A DNA stretch of 64,000 bases, the filler included, from Gonapodya sp. JEL0774 (Eukaryota): assembly GCA_027604505.1 (NCBI GenBank). It is 21 parts of 21 records of this genome, joined end to end, with 100 filler letters (N's around TTAATTAATTAA, not from the genome) between each part and the next. Parts side by side here need not be neighbours in the genome. Positions count along the whole stretch, not along the records: positions 61,266 to 64,000 come from JADIIX010001718.1; 20 more parts are not named here. One strand, given 5' to 3'. A program made the translations under genes and the position numbers. Below are positions 61,166 through 64,000 of the stretch, in pieces (within the stretch, counting starts at the first letter, position 1; the number at the start of each line of letters is the position of its first letter). The notes beneath the pieces were generated by a model. That model searched no databases and was not told where the DNA came from. It saw only the letters and a program-made list of their open reading frames with translations.

Positions 61166-61869
61166 NNNNNNNNNNNNNNNNNNNNNNNNNNNNNNNNNNN
61201 NNNNNNNNNTTAATTAATTAANNNNNNNNNNNNNNNNNNNNNNNNNNNNNNNNNNNNNNNNNNNNATAGCAAATATATTCTACACCTCGAACACCATCAT
61301 ACACTCCCGCCCCTTCGATCCATCCCGTGCAGTCCTCCACAGCCTTCCGGTGAGATAGCTTCCCGCTCATGGTTCCTTCGCAGTCTCGAGCTTGTGCTCC
61401 CAGAGTCTGGGACCACAGGGCACAGCTTCCGGAGCGGTGGTGCTATTTACCTCGTCCTTCAAGGCGTTCCCACCCTGATTCTCAAGAATCACGGGCGCTG
61501 GTCTGAGGAGTCATGGCAGCTTTACATTTGTAGCAATCTGCCGTTTGGCACGAGTTGAAACAACGCTACCGTTTTCTTCAGCTCCGAGGGCCTCTTGACG
61601 ACTGAGCACAGAGCGCTCGCTCTGTCAGCCGCTGTGTTTAGCATTGGGTCTCGCACCCGAGACCCCGTCCTCCCTCACGTCGCTCTGTTTAGCCTGAATT
61701 CTCCGCTCGGTTGGCACAGGTCTCGGAAGCTGACCGAAGGGATAGACTTGGTTGTATTTCTCCTCTGTAGAAATATATTTTATGGCTTCGAGCCGTTTGT
61801 TTTGCTAAACATTGTTGTCCACTGGTGAGCAGTCCGTGGAGTGTGCAAATTAAAGTTTAGCAGAAACGG

Positions 61870-63705
61870 ATGGCGCAGCTGGTCACAGCGACAAACACTA
61901 CAATGTCAATGTTCAACTTTGGAAGCTGGAAAAGGGGAGCAGACACCGCGCGCGACATCCAACTGATCGAAGCGGTGGAAAACGGGCAGGCGCCGCGGGT
62001 GCGACAGCTACTAGCGGATGGGGCGAACCCCAATGCGCGGAAGCGGGTCACGTTGACCTGCACTATCGGAGGAGAGGAAAAAGTGGCCACTGCCGAGTGC
62101 GAATCGGCGCTGGCTTTGGGGATCATGTATGCGAATGAGGACGTCGTCAAGGTGTTGCTCGAAAGAGGCGCGGATCCCAATGCGAGGTGCGAGTGGTTGT
62201 ATGCAAACTGGTTTTCATCGTGGAGTGCAGACAGTTGGAACAGTGAACGTTGGCAAGCAATGTATTTGTTTCCTTCTGCACTGTTGCTGGGGATGGCAAG
62301 GGGGGGGGAGTGGATTCCATGGACCAGTACAGGCCCTTTACCGTATTACCTTGATGACAACAATAATCTCTCCATCAGTTTTAAGGGAGGAGACGTGCAG
62401 TTAAGAAATCCCAAGAATAAGGGGGACGCCATCATCGATCCCTTCACTCTGCGTCCTTCCCTCCCCATCGTCAAACTCCTCCTCGCTCACGGGGCTCTGG
62501 TCACTCAGAGGGAACTGGACGCTGCTCGCAATTGGCCAGACAGAAATTTCGTGCAGATGCTCCAAGACCATCAATCCCACCCTCCCACTCCAGTCCTTGC
62601 CTGCACTCAACCCTCTTCTCCACCTACCACTGCACCTTCCACATCTCCTCAGCCCACTGAAGCCCTCGTCTCACTCCTAGCTGACAAGGACAGGGCAAAT
62701 AGGGAGCTGCAGGCTGAAGTGGATCGTCTCAAGGCTCAGTTTCAGGAGCTATCAGTTAGGACAACAACTGCAGAAAGCAAGGCAGAGGAGGTGGAGCGAC
62801 GGAACGTGGACAATCAGGCAAAGATCGCGACCTTGGAAGCAGCCAACCGGGACCTCCAATCTGAGAACAGTGCTCTCTCCACTGACAACCGCACCCTCTC
62901 TACAGAAAATCGCGCCCTATCCACTGAAAACCGTAACCTTTTGACAGCAAACGCATCGTTGGAAAGTGAGGTTGTGACCCTCTGCACCCAACCCACATCC
63001 CTACCACCTGCTCCCCCACCTCGCGAACTCCAACCCCCCCGCACTGTCAAGAAGCTCATGTACGCCATAGCCGATTTCCAGGCCCAAGATGTTGATGAAC
63101 TTAATGTTCAAGTTGGGGATGAGATTTATGTCAACCTGGAGTTTGCAGATGGGTGGGGATCTGTGAGTACCACTTGTTTATGGCTTGTGTGCTGTTACCC
63201 ACTCATGAGTCCTACCTCCTTCTGCATCCCGTGCCCTTACCATCCATCTATGATCCTCCCCCAGGGCTTCAACACTGCACGTGGTACTGCAGGTGCCTTC
63301 CCCTTGGCATGTGTTAGTGACACACCCTCCCAACCTCCTTCCTTCACCCTCCGCTATGACTCCCGCCTCAACATCGGCCCAGCATCTCCCCCCTCAAGCC
63401 CCTTTCACCCTGTGCCAAACTCCCCACCTCTCTCCTCCCAGTACTACGGCGATGTGGCTGGCGCACCTCAACGTTCATTTTACCCAACTAGGCCAACACC
63501 ACCAGCATCAGGAACGTGGCCTGTGCGGGGTGTGGAGTCAAGGGGTGGTGGGTATGGTGTGGGAGGAGGTGATGCAGCAGGGAGGTTTGGTGGGCGAGGT
63601 GCTGGCGCGGGAACAGGGAGCAGCAGTGGGAGTGGGAGGATGGGGACAGAGACGGAGGTGCTTGGAGCACGAGGGGCTGGTGCAGGAGGGGGGCAAGGGA
63701 GGTGA
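61870..63705 (+). CDS. Ankyrin + coiled-coil + SH3-domain protein
   Basis: ANK-like segments (VRQLLADGANPN, VVKVLLERGADPN), coiled coil, SH3 (YAIADFQAQDVDELNVQVGDEIYVNLEFADGWGS|GFNTARGTAGAFP); in-frame 102-nt intron 63163-63264. Confidence 0.88.
   Translation: MAQLVTATNTTMSMFNFGSWKRGADTARDIQLIEAVENGQAPRVRQLLADGANPNARKRVTLTCTIGGEEKVATAECESALALGIMYANEDVVKVLLERGADPNARCEWLYANWFSSWSADSWNSERWQAMYLFPSALLLGMARGGEWIPWTSTGPLPYYLDDNNNLSISFKGGDVQLRNPKNKGDAIIDPFTLRPSLPIVKLLLAHGALVTQRELDAARNWPDRNFVQMLQDHQSHPPTPVLACTQPSSPPTTAPSTSPQPTEALVSLLADKDRANRELQAEVDRLKAQFQELSVRTTTAESKAEEVERRNVDNQAKIATLEAANRDLQSENSALSTDNRTLSTENRALSTENRNLLTANASLESEVVTLCTQPTSLPPAPPPRELQPPRTVKKLMYAIADFQAQDVDELNVQVGDEIYVNLEFADGWGSVSTTCLWLVCCYPLMSPTSFCIPCPYHPSMILPQGFNTARGTAGAFPLACVSDTPSQPPSFTLRYDSRLNIGPASPPSSPFHPVPNSPPLSSQYYGDVAGAPQRSFYPTRPTPPASGTWPVRGVESRGGGYGVGGGDAAGRFGGRGAGAGTGSSSGSGRMGTETEVLGARGAGAGGGQGR
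62875..62940 (+). repeat. Three degenerate 21-bp coding repeats (heptads)
   Basis: LSTDNRT LSTENRA LSTENRN inside the coiled coil. Confidence 0.75.
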
Positions 63706-64000
63706 ACTGGGGATATTGGGAGAAGTGGACGTTAAGATATGGCAAGGTGGATGAGCGAGTGTTATCTTTTCTGTCGGTTCTTTGCTTGCGTTCAGGTTGG
63801 TGAGACATGTTTAGTATGTGATTACTAGAATTCGAGTTACTTTTTTTGTTCTACTCTTTGAGCGGACAGGTGAAAACTTGTTCGCAATCTTCTTGTGTCG
63901 CGTGAACGGCGAGTTCACAAGTACCCTACCCAACCCGCATTCAACCCACGCCGTCGCGCTCGACGTTATTAACTCTTTTCCGCCTACCTTCGATGTCCAT

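Overview
This window is not one locus. It is 21 unrelated ~2.95-2.98 kb contigs, sorted by decreasing length and joined by artificial 100-nt spacers (44 N + TTAATTAATTAA + 44 N), so adjacency across a spacer means nothing. The DNA is an intron-rich eukaryotic nuclear genome with short GT-AG introns and micro-exons. Fungal-type housekeeping genes together with a flagellar central-pair gene (SPAG17/PF6-like) point to a zoosporic, early-diverging fungus; a Gonapodya/Monoblepharidomycete-like source is my inference only. Recognisable genes, mostly truncated by contig ends: HSL-family esterase, exportin-T (LOS1), farnesyltransferase beta, PP1 inhibitor-2, XPF/RAD1, SART3/Prp24, ANKRD13, GH5 EGH1-like glucosidase, Sec61 gamma, GLTP/HET-C2, ABCB transporter, P-type ATPase and several ankyrin proteins. 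Best leads: (1) a predicted single gene fusing an Aim32/Apd1-type 2His-2Cys ferredoxin to an adrenodoxin-type ferredoxin; (2) a secreted class I peroxidase homologue lacking both heme-pocket histidines; (3) two paralogues of an HMG-box-like + unknown-domain family; (4) structured RNA candidates in long introns of SEC61G and LOS1; (5) bacterial-type genes carrying spliceosomal introns (SagB/ThcOx nitroreductase, GapN pseudogene, PEELP P-type ATPase, sulfotransferase); (6) a CpG-depleted putative transposon end. All gene models were spliced by eye and all family calls rest on motif recognition, not database searches.
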